Assembly: GCA_030704615.1 (NCBI GenBank)
Contig: CM060733.1
Span: 25,792,001 to 25,856,000 of the forward strand
Source of the DNA: Takakia lepidozioides
Lineage: Eukaryota > Plantae > Bryophyta
Direction of reading: 5' to 3'
Length of the DNA stretch: 64,000 bases
Part shown: positions 39,901-52,315 of the stretch, in pieces
Layout of the letters: the number at the start of each line of letters is the position of its first letter
Position numbering within the stretch: the first letter of the stretch is position 1
Notes under the pieces: generated by a model
Databases searched by the model: none
What the model was told of the DNA's origin: nothing
The model's input: only the letters and a program-made list of their open reading frames with translations
Position numbers and translations under genes: made by a program

Positions 39901-41009
39901 CCCCTCGAGGTCTTCTCGTAGCAGGTAGTCTACTAGATTTCCTAGTGGTGATTTGTATCTTGTGCATCCCATCATGCACAGTTAGTAACTGGAAATTCCA
40001 GTCATGGAATACCCTGGCCTGTTTCAGCCACGGTCGACCCAGCAATAAGGAGTAAGCTTCCATGACTTCATCCATTTTCAACACAGTTACTGTGATCTTA
40101 AAGATCATCTTTTGAATCTGTATCTTAACTCCTCTTATCAATCCCAATGGCTGAACACTTATTTGATCTGCCATTGTTACTGTAAATGGGGCCGGTTTCA
40201 TGTTACTTAGACCAAGCTTCTGCCTTAATTGGTCTGTCATGATATTCACTCCAGAGCCTCCATCTATCAGTACATCAGTTAGTTCTGTGCTTCCAATTCT
40301 CAATTGGATTACTGGCATAGAATCATCAAAGTCCATGACTGTTTCTCGCCCTTCCGGCTTCACATTATAACTGGTCACCTTGCTGTTCACGTCTGTGTTC
40401 ACTGTCACATGGGCAATCTGATTGATTGCTTGATACAGCCTGTGCCTACAATAAGGTGCCACAGCCAATAGCTGTCCAATGGTAATCTCCGCTTTGGACT
40501 GGCATATTACTTCAGCCAAAGTCCCTTCATTACTCTGCATTTCTGCAGTTTCTTTCTTCCCTTCATCCTCACTCACTTCCTCTTCTCTTTCAGAATCAGA
40601 GGAATCTGCCATAGGAATATCAGTACTCTTCTGCATTTCCTTTATGGTATCTGCCACTTCCTTGTGTAGTTCCTTCTCATCTCTCCAAGCCTCATCATCT
40701 TCAGGCACATCACTGCCATCTTCATTATCATCATCTTCCTCATCTACTGGAGGTATTAATTTAGTTTGCTTCTGGTTACTATCATTGTACTTACTTCTGG
40801 TACAACACATGGCCTTACCATGTGAGCTGCCACCACTGGGCCCTCATTCACAGGAGCTCTCATCTCATTTTGGTGTCTGATCCAGAATGGATAGGCTGCC
40901 TTGCGATGTCCTGCCTAATTACAATAGTAACACAGTTCTTCCCCATTAGGTCCTCGCCCTTGGTCTGTTCTGGGATTGTTTCTGTAATCCTGATTCCTTG
41001 GCTGGTTTG
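36935..41009 (-). pseudogene. Element A gag end and pol (protease, RT, RNase H, integrase), frameshifted
   Basis: LIDGGSGVN; MPFGLCNAPATF, FLDD; CDAS..NYSTTERE; H..H..C..C, DFVGP, SDQG, GQAE. Confidence 0.95.
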
Positions 41010-41994
41010 CTCACCCATCCCTTCGCTATCCGAGGCGGAAACTCCAAGATAGAAGAGTTGGAAATCTCTAAGCACTCAGCCCGCTCAGAACAATCAGTCA
41101 TGACCTACAGCTAGTGTATCATGGGGGTGTTTCCTATTTGTTTTCCTTCCCGCATTCATGTTAGCTAGTTACCTTACTGTTGGTAATTAAGTATCAGTTT
41201 GCTTCAGCAATCTATCTGATTTCCATCAACTCATCCATTCATTCCACAGCTTCACTCAGATCTCTCTACACAGTGTGAGTATGAAATGTGTATCAGATTA
41301 ATATCTATCAAGTATCAGGCTGAAGCCAAAGAGTCTTTAATCTGCTCTACACTACAATTATGCTGCTTGCATTCATTAAGCATCACAAATCATCCTCCTT
41401 CTACTCCGTGCTCTCCCTCTTTCTGCTCAGAGATACGCTCTCTGCCTCATTTCCCCCAGTGATGTCCGAAGTTTCCCCAAGAAGTGATCCAAGAATCTCT
41501 CCACTCTTTTCCGCCGTGTTTCCCCAAAAAGTGATCCCAAAATCCCCCTCTTTCCAGTCCTTGCTCCTGGCTTTATCTTCCTACCCGTTGTTCTAACCGT
41601 TTTCCTCACTAACCGTCATCCGTGAACTAATCATGTTCCATTCGCAGATGTTGTTCCCCATAGTCGTTCCCTGTCCTGCTATCCGTTCCCTATGGTCGTG
41701 ACAGCTGTGTCAAGCTGTGACTGGCTATGTGAAACTGTGACGGGCTGTGACTGGCTGTGCGACTATGTTGGGCTGTGACGGGCTGTGTCGGGCTGTGTTG
41801 GCTGTGACGAGCTGTGTTGGCTATGACAGGCTGTGTCGGACTGTGACGAGCTGTGTTGGCTGTGACGAGCTGTGTAACCCCCGCCTAAAGTGCGCTGCTG
41901 TCACCCCTAAGGCTCCTGTTGGTCTCAGTCTGCAAAATTAAGGGTACCCCTCAGATCCCGTAAAAGTGTCTAAGTCCCTGGCAGTCCTCTAACA
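41010..41994 (-). repeat. Internal LTR (3' LTR of element B), diverged variant missing about 16 bp at its distal end
   Basis: Homologous to 12354-13296 at both ends with a divergent middle; polypurine tract at about 41995-42011. Confidence 0.9.
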
Positions 41995-42033
41995 TTACCC
42001 CTTCCCCTCTCAAAAAAGCCGTGTCCTCACGGT

Positions 42034-45000
42034 TTACTGTTTGGGATTAGTAAACCTTTGTGAGTGAGCACCTTTCTGATGTTGAGAGTCTCGTGAAGGA
42101 CTCTGTGTGCGAGCCCGAGGTCTGTCACTGGTTGACGGAGATGATTGAACACTACCTGGATATGTGAGGCCCTCTGGAGGCTGATATTGAGGTAATCTTT
42201 CAGGCATAGGAGACCCCCGTCGCTTCTTTTCTCCCATCTGTATTGCATAGTCTTCTCCCATGTCAAAAGAGTCCGCTGAAGAACTAGCTGTATCAGAATC
42301 CTTATCGCCTCTCAGGTGTTTTAACTGCCGAACTTTTTGTGGAATCCTCTGAGGCATACAATGTTGTCCTACCATGTCTGGAAGTTTAAACTTTAAAACT
42401 TGCTGTAAACGCTGAATGGCAAAATTGGTGAAGACCCTGAGTTCCTTGTCTGTCCAGGTGAGTGTACCAATGACTTGTGAATTGTGCAAGTATTTCCATG
42501 CCTGATGTCCCTTAAAGAAAATATCGTCAGGGCCAAATTTTTGTGTTGACAAATTGTTCCAGGCCGCATGAAACCATGAACGAATTTGAGAATCCTTTTG
42601 CATCATAACTTTTGCCTCATATAGGTACATATGAGGTGGCACTGAAGGTAAGACCCAATGATCCCCACTGGAATAACTCAGAAAGCGCGATTGCATCTTT
42701 TGCTGCTCAATGTGATAACGTACCAGAAAACAAGCAGCGTAGTATAACGCGCAGCCCATGACAATACTTGCTACCTCCTTTGTCTTGGTATAAATGAATC
42801 CATGTACAACTTGGAAGGCAATTAATTCCTTCAACATGGTACTTGCCTCATGCCAGTACTGCGCAAAGTGATGATCCTCAATGGGTCGATTGTTTGGAAG
42901 AACCTTAGTTCTAGTTGCCACTGGCAGCCAAATGCGCATGATTTGATAGTAATGTGCCAATGACTGCGGAGGACTAAATTCTTTCCAAGCCAAATCCAAC
43001 ACAATGGGAATTTGGTTGAAGGGCATAATCATAGCCCTACTGTACTCCCTTGCAGCTGGAGTTTTAGGTGGGTTAAAAGCAGCATTCCCCATACCTCAGG
43101 CTGTGGTGGATGTGGTGTGGCTGTAGTAACAACTAGGTCAGCTACTGGCACAGTGACTTGTTGTGGTGTTGGTGGCACTGGCTCTTCTACCATTGGCATC
43201 TCCTGCACCTCCTGTGAAGAAGACTGAAATGCCAAAGTTCTGGCTTGTAAATAAGAAGCCATTAGCTGTTCCTCAGGTATACAGACTCTCTTGTCGATAT
43301 TTGAAGTGATGTCCTCCACTTGAGTCTGCAGGCCGTCTACATCCTCCTGTAACTCCGCTATCCTACTATAGACATTGTCTATAGTAGTTGTGGCAATGTT
43401 CTGCACTTGCAGCCTGAGCTCATTCATCTCGCTTTGGGTGAGCTTTCGTGGTGCTTTGCCCTCCACTGGCCCTTGTGTTAACCAGACCTGCATAAGGTGG
43501 TTATCCACCAAGTTGTTTGTGGTTCCTCTGAGAGTGTGCTCCTCTCTGAGTTTGTACACATCTAACTGCTGTTGTAAAGCCTCCATGCGCTTCGCATGAG
43601 GTTCAACCAAATTTGCATAGGCAACAAGTAGATTATTGGTTTCCTTCCAAGCCTTGTTAGTGACCGAGATTTCATTTCTATTGGCCATGACCGTTTGGTG
43701 CAACTCCAGGATGTGCCTCTCTTGGTCAGCTTCAATCTGCCTGTATTGCTTGAAAGTATCCTCATTGCGACAGATTGTATTCTTCATATCGATAATGAGT
43801 TTCATTTGCTCAACATTCTCTTCCTCTGCCTTCGTACATCTTTCCGCTTGACTGTTTATTTCTTTTGTAGATTGGTCAAGCATAGTTGTGAGTGTAGCAC
43901 ATTGTATGGCCATCATGTCATGCACTGTCTACAACTCCATATGTAGTGCATTCACTTCTTGCAACTTGCTTTCATGCTTCACCTGCATTTGGTATAGTTG
44001 TTGCTTATGTGCTTCGTGCAAGTGGTCTTGCGCGAGGTTTGCCTCAATCAATTGTTCCTTGGCCAATTGCAAAGCCGCTTTTGTACTCTCCAAGTCTTGC
44101 TGCATCTTGAAAGTGACCTCTTCATCGACCTTGTTTGCACACTCTGTGGCAAGTCGAGCCTCAAACTCTTTCATGAGTTCCTCCCTCAAAGCTGTCAATT
44201 GGGTAGTTGGAACATGGGATTTGACATAAGTCCCCAACAAATTAAGTGTCCTGCTTATGGAACTCATAAGCATGGCCTGTTGAGGGTCATCATGGTGAGC
44301 TTGCTGTTCTTCTCCCTGATCCTCAACAGTGTGATGCCTCACGAACCACTCAGGCCATTGTCCCACCAGATTTTCTTCCTGAACCACTTCATCCATCACC
44401 GGTGCTGCAGTGTCTTGACATTCTACCTGTGGTACCTTCGGCACAGGTGTGTGTATTATATGCACCGCAGGGTTTCCCTTGGACAACTGTTGCACCTCTG
44501 GAATCACTGTCTCCTTGACCAGACCAGAATATTCATAGACAAGGTCCCCCTTCTCAATTTCTGCCACTACCTGTTCTGTAGTGGGAATATCTAACCCTTC
44601 TTTTTCCAAATCAATTATTTCTGGTTGAGCTGCATGGACAACTTGTGGTAACCTTGTGACAAGCCAATCATCTGGCTGTGATGGCTGTGATACTGAAGTA
44701 ACTTCCTCTTCCCTCACTGAAGGTCCTGTTTCCAGTAATAACAGTTCTTTGTGCTGCTGTGCCCCTTCCTGCACAAAAACTTGGGAAACATTATCATGCG
44801 GATTCCGTGAAGCCAGTGGATCCGCCACTACAGTCTTTCCCCACCTCTGTCTCTTATTCTCGGGTTGCCCTGCCAGTCCACCCTCACTGTGTGAAGAGCC
44901 TTGCTCTTCCATTGCAGTGGTTTCTGGCTCAAACACTCCCATCTCCTTTCTTTCTCGAGCATCAAGTATGTCAGAATCAAGAATTATTTGAGCAATGATT

Positions 45001-46819
45001 GGGCCAGACATTATGATAGGAGACTTTGCGGCAGTACCCTGTAATCTTTTCATCTCCTCTACTAGTGCGTTGTACATTATGTCCGCCCATTCTACCTCTT
45101 CTCCTCTCAGGGCTTTGAGTATTTCCTCTGTGAAGGATCTGCTCAAATACTGTTGGTTCTGTTTCATGGCAAACAGAACGTTCAATACCTGGCCTACCTC
45201 CTTTAGCCCTGTGTACACGGCCTTGGTACAAGCATAACCCTGAGTTTTAAGGAAACTCCCTTCTTGGAATAAGTCCCTTATTTGCAGTCTTGCCCTGTGC
45301 TCCTCCACATGCACCTGACCTGCTGGCAATTGAAACAATTGCTGTAGGTACAGGGGAGTAATTTCTAATTCAACTCCCTTCACCGTTGTTGCTCCTGTCT
45401 TAGGCTCAAAGTTCTGCAAGAATTGTAACATGTACTGTCTATGGTGCAATGTCCAATCTTTGTTTTGCAATCCTTGCAATCGCAGCTCCTTCAGTAACTG
45501 TACCGCCTGTGGAGTAGCAATCGTTTGTTTCTGCGGGATTGTGGTGCTCTTCACCCTGATTTCCTCCATTCCTCTCACTCTCTTCATTCTAGACCCACAG
45601 AAATGTTTTGGCTGTAACAATTGAAGAAATGCCTGCAGGGCACAAAGCATAAACGTATGGTTGCCACAAAAAGCTATGAGTAATTTCTTGTAAGCCTGCG
45701 GGGCTTGCAAGCATTGATCAAGAGAAAAGATTCGCTCTGTTTTTTCGTCTCTATGCCACTGCGTAAGTAATATTGCGAGCGTATAGTCTGTTAGTTCCTC
45801 CATAGCTTCAAAGCTATAGCATTGATGGTTTGTCCCGTCGAGACGCCCGTTACTTAGAACGACGCCGACTCTTGCGCTTAAATTCCCTCCAATTTCTTGA
45901 TCCTTTTTTTGGCTTTCGATTGGCTGTAACCGCTGTGACTGGATTTTAGATTTAATTTTCTTTAGTGGACTTTCCCTGCTGGACTGTCCACTAGGATAAC
46001 ACATGTGACAAGAATTTCGCTTTTCTGTACTTGCCGTTTGTTCCGTTGCCCTTTTTCCGTATTCATTAATGGGCCCGCCATTCATCCGAATTGACGCGCT
46101 AAGTAGGTACTTTGACGGCCATTCTTGTCCTCTTACTTGACGACACTTGTTCTTGCACTTCTTTCTCAGCTGTGTGTCACGCCCTGACTTCCACGTGTCC
46201 ATTTCTAAACTGGCTTCCGTCCTTTCTTCCGCCGGCCATTTCCCTGAAGTTATCCTGCGTCCACCTGTCACTGATTCTGTGGATTGTGTAACCCTAGTAG
46301 GCTGTGTTGAGCTGTGACAGGCTGTGTCATACTGTGGTATGCTGTGATAGGCTGTGATGCACTGTGGTAAGCTGTGATAGGCTGTGACACGTTGTGGTAG
46401 GTTGTGATAGGCTGTGTTGCGTTGCTGTTGATGGGTTGTGATGTGGCTGTGTGGCTGTGTGGCGCCGTGATGGGCTGTGTGGATGGGTTGTGTGTCGCGC
46501 CTTGATGGGTTGCGTGGATGGTTGTGGATGTGTCTGTGTATGCTGTGTCGCGCCGTGATGGGCTGTGATAGGCTGTGTCACGCTTGTTCTGCCCGCCCTG
46601 GTCATATATGCTCGGCCTAGCGACAAGTGCTCCATACTCCGTTGGTAACACTGGTGCAGCCCGTGACTGCTCTTGCATTTCAACATGCAAATCATGCTGC
46701 AATGGTTTGTCATGGATACCACTGTACCCCTTCAACTTATTGGCATTGACTCTTCCCAGCATTTCTTTGTTAATGGTTTGTAACATGGCGGTGTTGTTAT
46801 CATACATCTTGTATGACAT
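42034..46819 (-). pseudogene. Element B long accessory ORF between integrase and 3' LTR (about 1,500 aa reconstructed)
   Basis: ORFs of 183, 780, 298 and 352 aa separated by single stops or frameshifts; homologous to the element A copy. Confidence 0.85.
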
Positions 46820-49550
46820 AAGGTCCTTTCCATGGTGATTTAAGCTTAGAAGCTTTAATCTTTCCCTTCTTCTGCAACCATAGAACCAAATCTCCCGTCT
46901 TAAAAGTCTTTAACTTGCCTTCATCAAACTGTTCCTTCCTCTTCATCTGAATTCTGGTCATATTATCAGCTGCATCAGCACGTACTTCTTCCACATGGTA
47001 TAATTCATGTTTCCTGACCTTAATGGAATCTTGCAATTCCATTCTTCTTCCCCATTCCGTTCTCATGGTAGGTAACAGGAATTCCACTGAAAATAAGGCT
47101 TCCATACCATAAACTAATTGGAATGGTGTATACTTAGTGGTGACTTTATATGAAGTTCTGTATGACCACAAAGCTGTCAGCAGCTTTGTATCCCAATCCG
47201 TTCTGTTTGCATTGACTATCTTAGCCAAGATAGTACATAGTATTTTGTTGGTAGCCTCTGCCTGCCCATTACCCTGTGGGTAATACGTTGTACTCTTCCT
47301 ATGCACAATCATGAATTCTTTAGTCAATAATTCAATGGTCTCATTAATGAAGTGACTTCCCTGATCACTGATAAATTCCAAGGGACAGCCAAATCGTGTA
47401 AGTATGTTCTCATACAGGAACCTTGCTGTGTACTTGGCTGTGTTGTCCCTCAAAGCTTTAGCTTCCACCCACTTCGTAGTATAATCAGTGGCTGTAATTA
47501 TGTACCTGTTTCGTGTATTCTTGGCTGGTGGGTTAATCGGTCCAATAAAGTCTAGTCCCCATTTCTGAAATGGTTCCGTAGGCATTGTAGGATGCAAGGC
47601 CATCCTTCCAGATCTCTGCAAAGGTCTCTGACATTCATCACAACTCTGACAATACTTGTGTACATCTTTGAACAAAGTAGGCCACCAGTAACCTGCGAGT
47701 AGTATCTTTCTACTGGTAGTCTCTTCTCCAAAATGACCTCCAGCCACTCCTTTATGAACTTCCTCCAAAACTTTATTTACTTCATGGTGGTACAAGCATC
47801 GTTTTAGTACTCCATCAGGTCTTAGCTTATACATTCTGCTTCTTACCATAGTATAAGGTAAAGTTTTGATAGCGATTCTCTTCCTCTGCTCCTTACCATA
47901 ACTAGGTGGGCATTGACCATGAGTAAGGTAGTATCTGATTGGCCACTGCCAATCTAACCATTCCTCTGCACTTCTTTGCACCTCCATTACAAATAAACTC
48001 GCATCAGGTAACTGATCGTCTACTCCTGTGGCGGCCTCTCCTGTTGTTAGTCGTGACAAATGATCTGCCACAAGATGCAAACGGCCAGGCTTGTAAACAA
48101 CTTCGAACTCAAACTCATGCAAGATTATTAACCACCTCGCTATCCTTCCACTTATCAAAGGTTTGTTCACCAGATATATCAGAGCCTGGTGATCCACATA
48201 AAACATAAACTTTCTTCCCAATAGGTAATGCCTGAATTTCTTGACTACATAAATCATTGTCAGTGCTTCCCTTTCAGTTGTGCTATAGTTCCTTTCAGCA
48301 CTGTTCATCAACTTGCTAGCATAGTACACAGGTGAATCTATATTTCCTGAAACATTCTGGGCTAACACCGCTCCCAACGCTTCTCCTGATGCATCACAGT
48401 GAACATGAAATACTACATGCCAGTGAGGGTTAATCAGCACAGGTGTAGTTGTTACTGACAATGTAAGTTCCTCAAAAGCCTGTTGACATTCAGCTGTCCA
48501 TGCAAACACTGCATCTTTCTTCAGAAGCTTGCTCAATGGTGCTGCTATTTGTGCATATCTTTTGACAAATCTTCTGTAATAACTGGTTTGCCAAAGGAAT
48601 CTCCTTAGACTCTTAACATTCATTGGTGGTGGAGAGGCTTTAATGGCCTCTGTATTCCTGGGATCCACAAGAAGTCCCTTCTTACACACAATGTGTCCCA
48701 GAAGCATCCCTGAGTTCACACAGAAAGTACACTTCTCTGGATTCAGGCCCAGACCTCTCATCCTGCATCTGGCCAAACATAACTCCAATTTATGCAAGTG
48801 CTCATTCTTAGAGCTGTACACACTGAAATCATCCAAGAACACCTGCATGAAATCATCCAGATACTCATGAAAAGATTCACTTATCACTCTCCGAAAGATT
48901 GCTGGTGCATTACAAAGTCCAAAAGGCATGACTTTGTATGCATAAACACCCCAGTCTGTGATGAAAGCTGTCTTTCCTTGATCTTCTTCTGCCACTTGCA
49001 CTTGATTATAACCACTGAAGCCATTCATGAATGAGTACATCTCATGGCCTGCCACAGTGTCCAATACTGCTTCTGTGAATGGTAAAGGGAAAAGATCTTT
49101 CTTCGTACAAGCATTCAGCTTCTTGTAGTTCACACAAACTCTCAGTTTACCATTCTTCTTGGGAACTATCACAATGGGTGACAACCAAGTTGTATACTCT
49201 ATCGGGTATATAAACTTAGCCTCAGCCAACTTCTTGATCTCTTCCCCAACCTTCTGTGCATAGTTGGGATTCATTTTGTACCTTGCCTGCTTGATTGGTA
49301 CTGACCCTGGTTCCAGTTCAATCTTATGCTGACAGATTTCAGGTGGTATCCCTTTTAGATCCTCATAGCTCCAAGCAAATACATCTGTGTATTTGATGAA
49401 CAAACTCTTAGCTTCTTCAAAGAATTCTAGTTCCAAATCAGCTCCTACCTTCACCATCCTCGGTTCCTCTTTAGTTCCCACACTCATTTCCCTCACTTGC
49501 TCATCAGCTGTGATTGTCCAACCAGTCACCACTTCATCCTGTAAACTCAC
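46800..49550 (-). CDS. pol: Element B pol (RT-RNase H-integrase), 916-aa open segment
   Basis: Canonical gypsy motifs, ending WKGPY. Confidence 0.95.
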   Translation of the reverse strand: MSLQDEVVTGWTITADEQVREMSVGTKEEPRMVKVGADLELEFFEEAKSLFIKYTDVFAWSYEDLKGIPPEICQHKIELEPGSVPIKQARYKMNPNYAQKVGEEIKKLAEAKFIYPIEYTTWLSPIVIVPKKNGKLRVCVNYKKLNACTKKDLFPLPFTEAVLDTVAGHEMYSFMNGFSGYNQVQVAEEDQGKTAFITDWGVYAYKVMPFGLCNAPAIFRRVISESFHEYLDDFMQVFLDDFSVYSSKNEHLHKLELCLARCRMRGLGLNPEKCTFCVNSGMLLGHIVCKKGLLVDPRNTEAIKASPPPMNVKSLRRFLWQTSYYRRFVKRYAQIAAPLSKLLKKDAVFAWTAECQQAFEELTLSVTTTPVLINPHWHVVFHVHCDASGEALGAVLAQNVSGNIDSPVYYASKLMNSAERNYSTTEREALTMIYVVKKFRHYLLGRKFMFYVDHQALIYLVNKPLISGRIARWLIILHEFEFEVVYKPGRLHLVADHLSRLTTGEAATGVDDQLPDASLFVMEVQRSAEEWLDWQWPIRYYLTHGQCPPSYGKEQRKRIAIKTLPYTMVRSRMYKLRPDGVLKRCLYHHEVNKVLEEVHKGVAGGHFGEETTSRKILLAGYWWPTLFKDVHKYCQSCDECQRPLQRSGRMALHPTMPTEPFQKWGLDFIGPINPPAKNTRNRYIITATDYTTKWVEAKALRDNTAKYTARFLYENILTRFGCPLEFISDQGSHFINETIELLTKEFMIVHRKSTTYYPQGNGQAEATNKILCTILAKIVNANRTDWDTKLLTALWSYRTSYKVTTKYTPFQLVYGMEALFSVEFLLPTMRTEWGRRMELQDSIKVRKHELYHVEEVRADAADNMTRIQMKRKEQFDEGKLKTFKTGDLVLWLQKKGKIKASKLKSPWKGPYVIQDV

Positions 49551-52315
49551 AGTGGCTGGTTCCTATAGGATTTCCATTTCTCCTTCTCTTTCTTCATAGA
49601 AATGTGATGGGTAACTGCTGGTCTCCTCTTTGCTTGGTGTTGCTGACACTACACCACAGCAGATACCTTTTAAACAACTTAGGCTTTCCAGCCGCATCTC
49701 TGCAACCTGCTCCCACTCTCGGTGTGCAGCAAATAGGGTAGCTTCCTGCTCCTCATCCAGTCCTCCTCTCTAGTCATACTCTCTGACCCCTCGAGGTCTT
49801 CTCGTAGCAGGTAATCTACTAGATTTCTTTGTGGTAATTTGTATCTCGTGTATCCCATTATGCACGGTTAGTAACTGAGATTTCCAGTCATGGAATACCC
49901 TGGCCTGTTTCAGCCATGGACGTCCCAATAATAAGGAGTAAGCCTCCATGACTTCATCCATCTTTTGCACAGTTACTATGATCATAAAGATCATCTTCTG
50001 TATCTGTATCCTAACTCCTCTTATTAATCCCAATGGCTGTACACTTCTTTGATCTGCCATTGTTACTGTAAATGGGGCCGGTTTCATGTTACTTAGACCA
50101 AGCTTCTTTCTTAATTGGTCTGTCATGATATTTACTCCAGAGCCTCCATCTATCAGTACATCAGTTAGTTCTGTGCTTCCAATTCTCAATTGGATTACTG
50201 GCATAGAATCATCAAAGTCCATGACTGTTTCTCGCCCTTCCGACTTCACATTATAACTGGTCACCTTGCTGTTCAGGTCTGTGTTTCCTGTCTCCTGGGC
50301 AATTCGATTGATTGCTTGATACAGCCTGTGCCTACAATAAGGTGCCACAGCCAATAGCTGTCCAATGGTAATCTCTGCTTTGGTCTGGCATATTACTTCA
50401 GCCAAAGTCTCTTCATTACTTTGCATGTCTGCATCTTCTTTCTTCCTTTCATCCTTACTCACTTCTTCTTCTCCATCAGAATCAGTGGAATCTGCCACAG
50501 GAATATCAGTACTCTTCTGCATTTCCCTTATGGTATCTGCCACTTCCTTGTGCAGTTCCTTCTCCTCTCTCCAAGCCTCATCATCTTCAGGTATATCATT
50601 GCCACCTTCATTATCATCATCTTCCTCAACTACTGGAGGTATTAATTTGGCTTTGCTTCTGGTTACTATCATTGTACTTACTTCTGGTACAACACATGGC
50701 CTAACCATGTGAGCTGCCACCACTGGGCCCTCATTCACATGAGCTCTCATCTCATTTTGGTGTCTTATCCAGAATGAACAGGTTGCCTTGCGATGTCCTG
50801 GCTGATGACAATAGTAACATAGTTCTTCACCATTGGGTCCTCGCCCTTGGTCTGCTCTTGGATTATTTTTGTAATCCTGATTCCCGGGTTGGTAATTCCC
50901 CCTTGGATTACCCTGATAGTTGCCTCTGGAATTTCCTTGGTAATTCCCTCTTGAATTACCTCTCCCTTCCATGCCATTGTTGTAACCACCAGACCTACCA
51001 TAGTGGTCCTGATCATTGTTTCTTCTTGGCTGGGGCTGCACCTGATGCACCCTTACTTGTCTAGGTTCTCTTGCAACTGTCCTTCTGTTGTAGTAACAAT
51101 TCTCAGTAGAATGGTTATCCATTTTACAGATAGTACAGTGTTTCTCCTTCATGTGGCATTCTGTGGTGGTATGGCCTTCATTCTAGCACTTTGCACACCA
51201 TACACCCTTCCTCCAATGTGTTGCAGCCTCTGTGGCATACTTCTTCAAGATTTCTTCCAATCTAAGATCTTCTCCAGCAAAAATATGTTGGCTAATTGGG
51301 CATGGAGAGCAAGGCATCCTTGAAGGTACCTGAGATAAGCATAGAACATCTATAGGGCTTATGAATGCTGAAGTTTTGAGCTAGGCCTCGGTAAGACAGC
51401 TTGCTGGAGTAGACGTGTACACCTAATACATGATCCGGTCAATGCACATTACTCTTGTTTGCCGGTCCCCCGTAGCCGATGCCTTATGTCAGATTTAGAT
51501 ACCTTATGATAAGAATGAGTTCCATTTCTTTGGCTCAAATGTTTCTATGTTTCTCCTGGTTATGGCTTTGCTCTTTATAGCACCATAAAAAATACCCAAT
51601 TATGATATGCTGCTGTCCTCATCATCCCTTTTCTCTCTCCTGAGCATTCCCAATTGCTCAATTCTGTTTGCAGTTTCAAATGCCTCCTCCACTGTATTAT
51701 GGGGTAACATATCCACTTTCTTTTGCAACTCTGGTCTTAATCCACTCACAAACCAAGTCTTCTGTAAACCTGGTGCTGGTACTGCAGCCAGCTTTTTCAT
51801 CATCAATTCCATCTTTTCCATATACTCCTCAACAGTTTCATGCTTCTTTTGCTTTAACTATTGTAAACTTCCATACACTTCATCCTCAGTTTTACTTGTC
51901 CTGAACCTATTTCGGAATGCTGTATTCAAGCCATTCCAGGTTAGGAAATGATTATCAGGGAATCTTGCATACCATTCACTTGCTTTCTTGATAAGTGAAC
52001 AAGGAAACAATCTCATCTTGGCATCATCGCCATTCTCATTGTTCACAATACACATGTGCTCAAATTGGCTAATGTGTACATCAGGATCCCCTTTTCCTGA
52101 ATATATTGGAAAAGGTGGTTTTGCCCGTGTTGGTTGTAACGCCATCTGTGGCCCTACCTTCTGCCCACTGACAGGTGCTGGCACCCTTGCTGGTGCTGGT
52201 CCTTCTGGACCTATTGTTTTTGTGGTGGATCTTCCACCAAGTGGTGGCCCTTGAGCACTCCCTGCTACTGGCCCCACGATATTCATAGTATTCCCAGCTT
52301 CAGTTGCACTACTTG
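49551..52315 (-). pseudogene. gag: Element B gag (retrotransposon gag, two CCHC knuckles) and aspartic protease
   Basis: YSGKGDPDVHISQF..LFPCSL..ASEWY; CTICKMDNHSTENC, CYYCHQPGHRKATC; LIDGGSGVN. Stops present. Confidence 0.92.

Noticed and set aside
43375-52254. Many plus-strand ORFs over the retroelement
   Set aside because: Antisense shadows of gag, pol and the accessory ORF.
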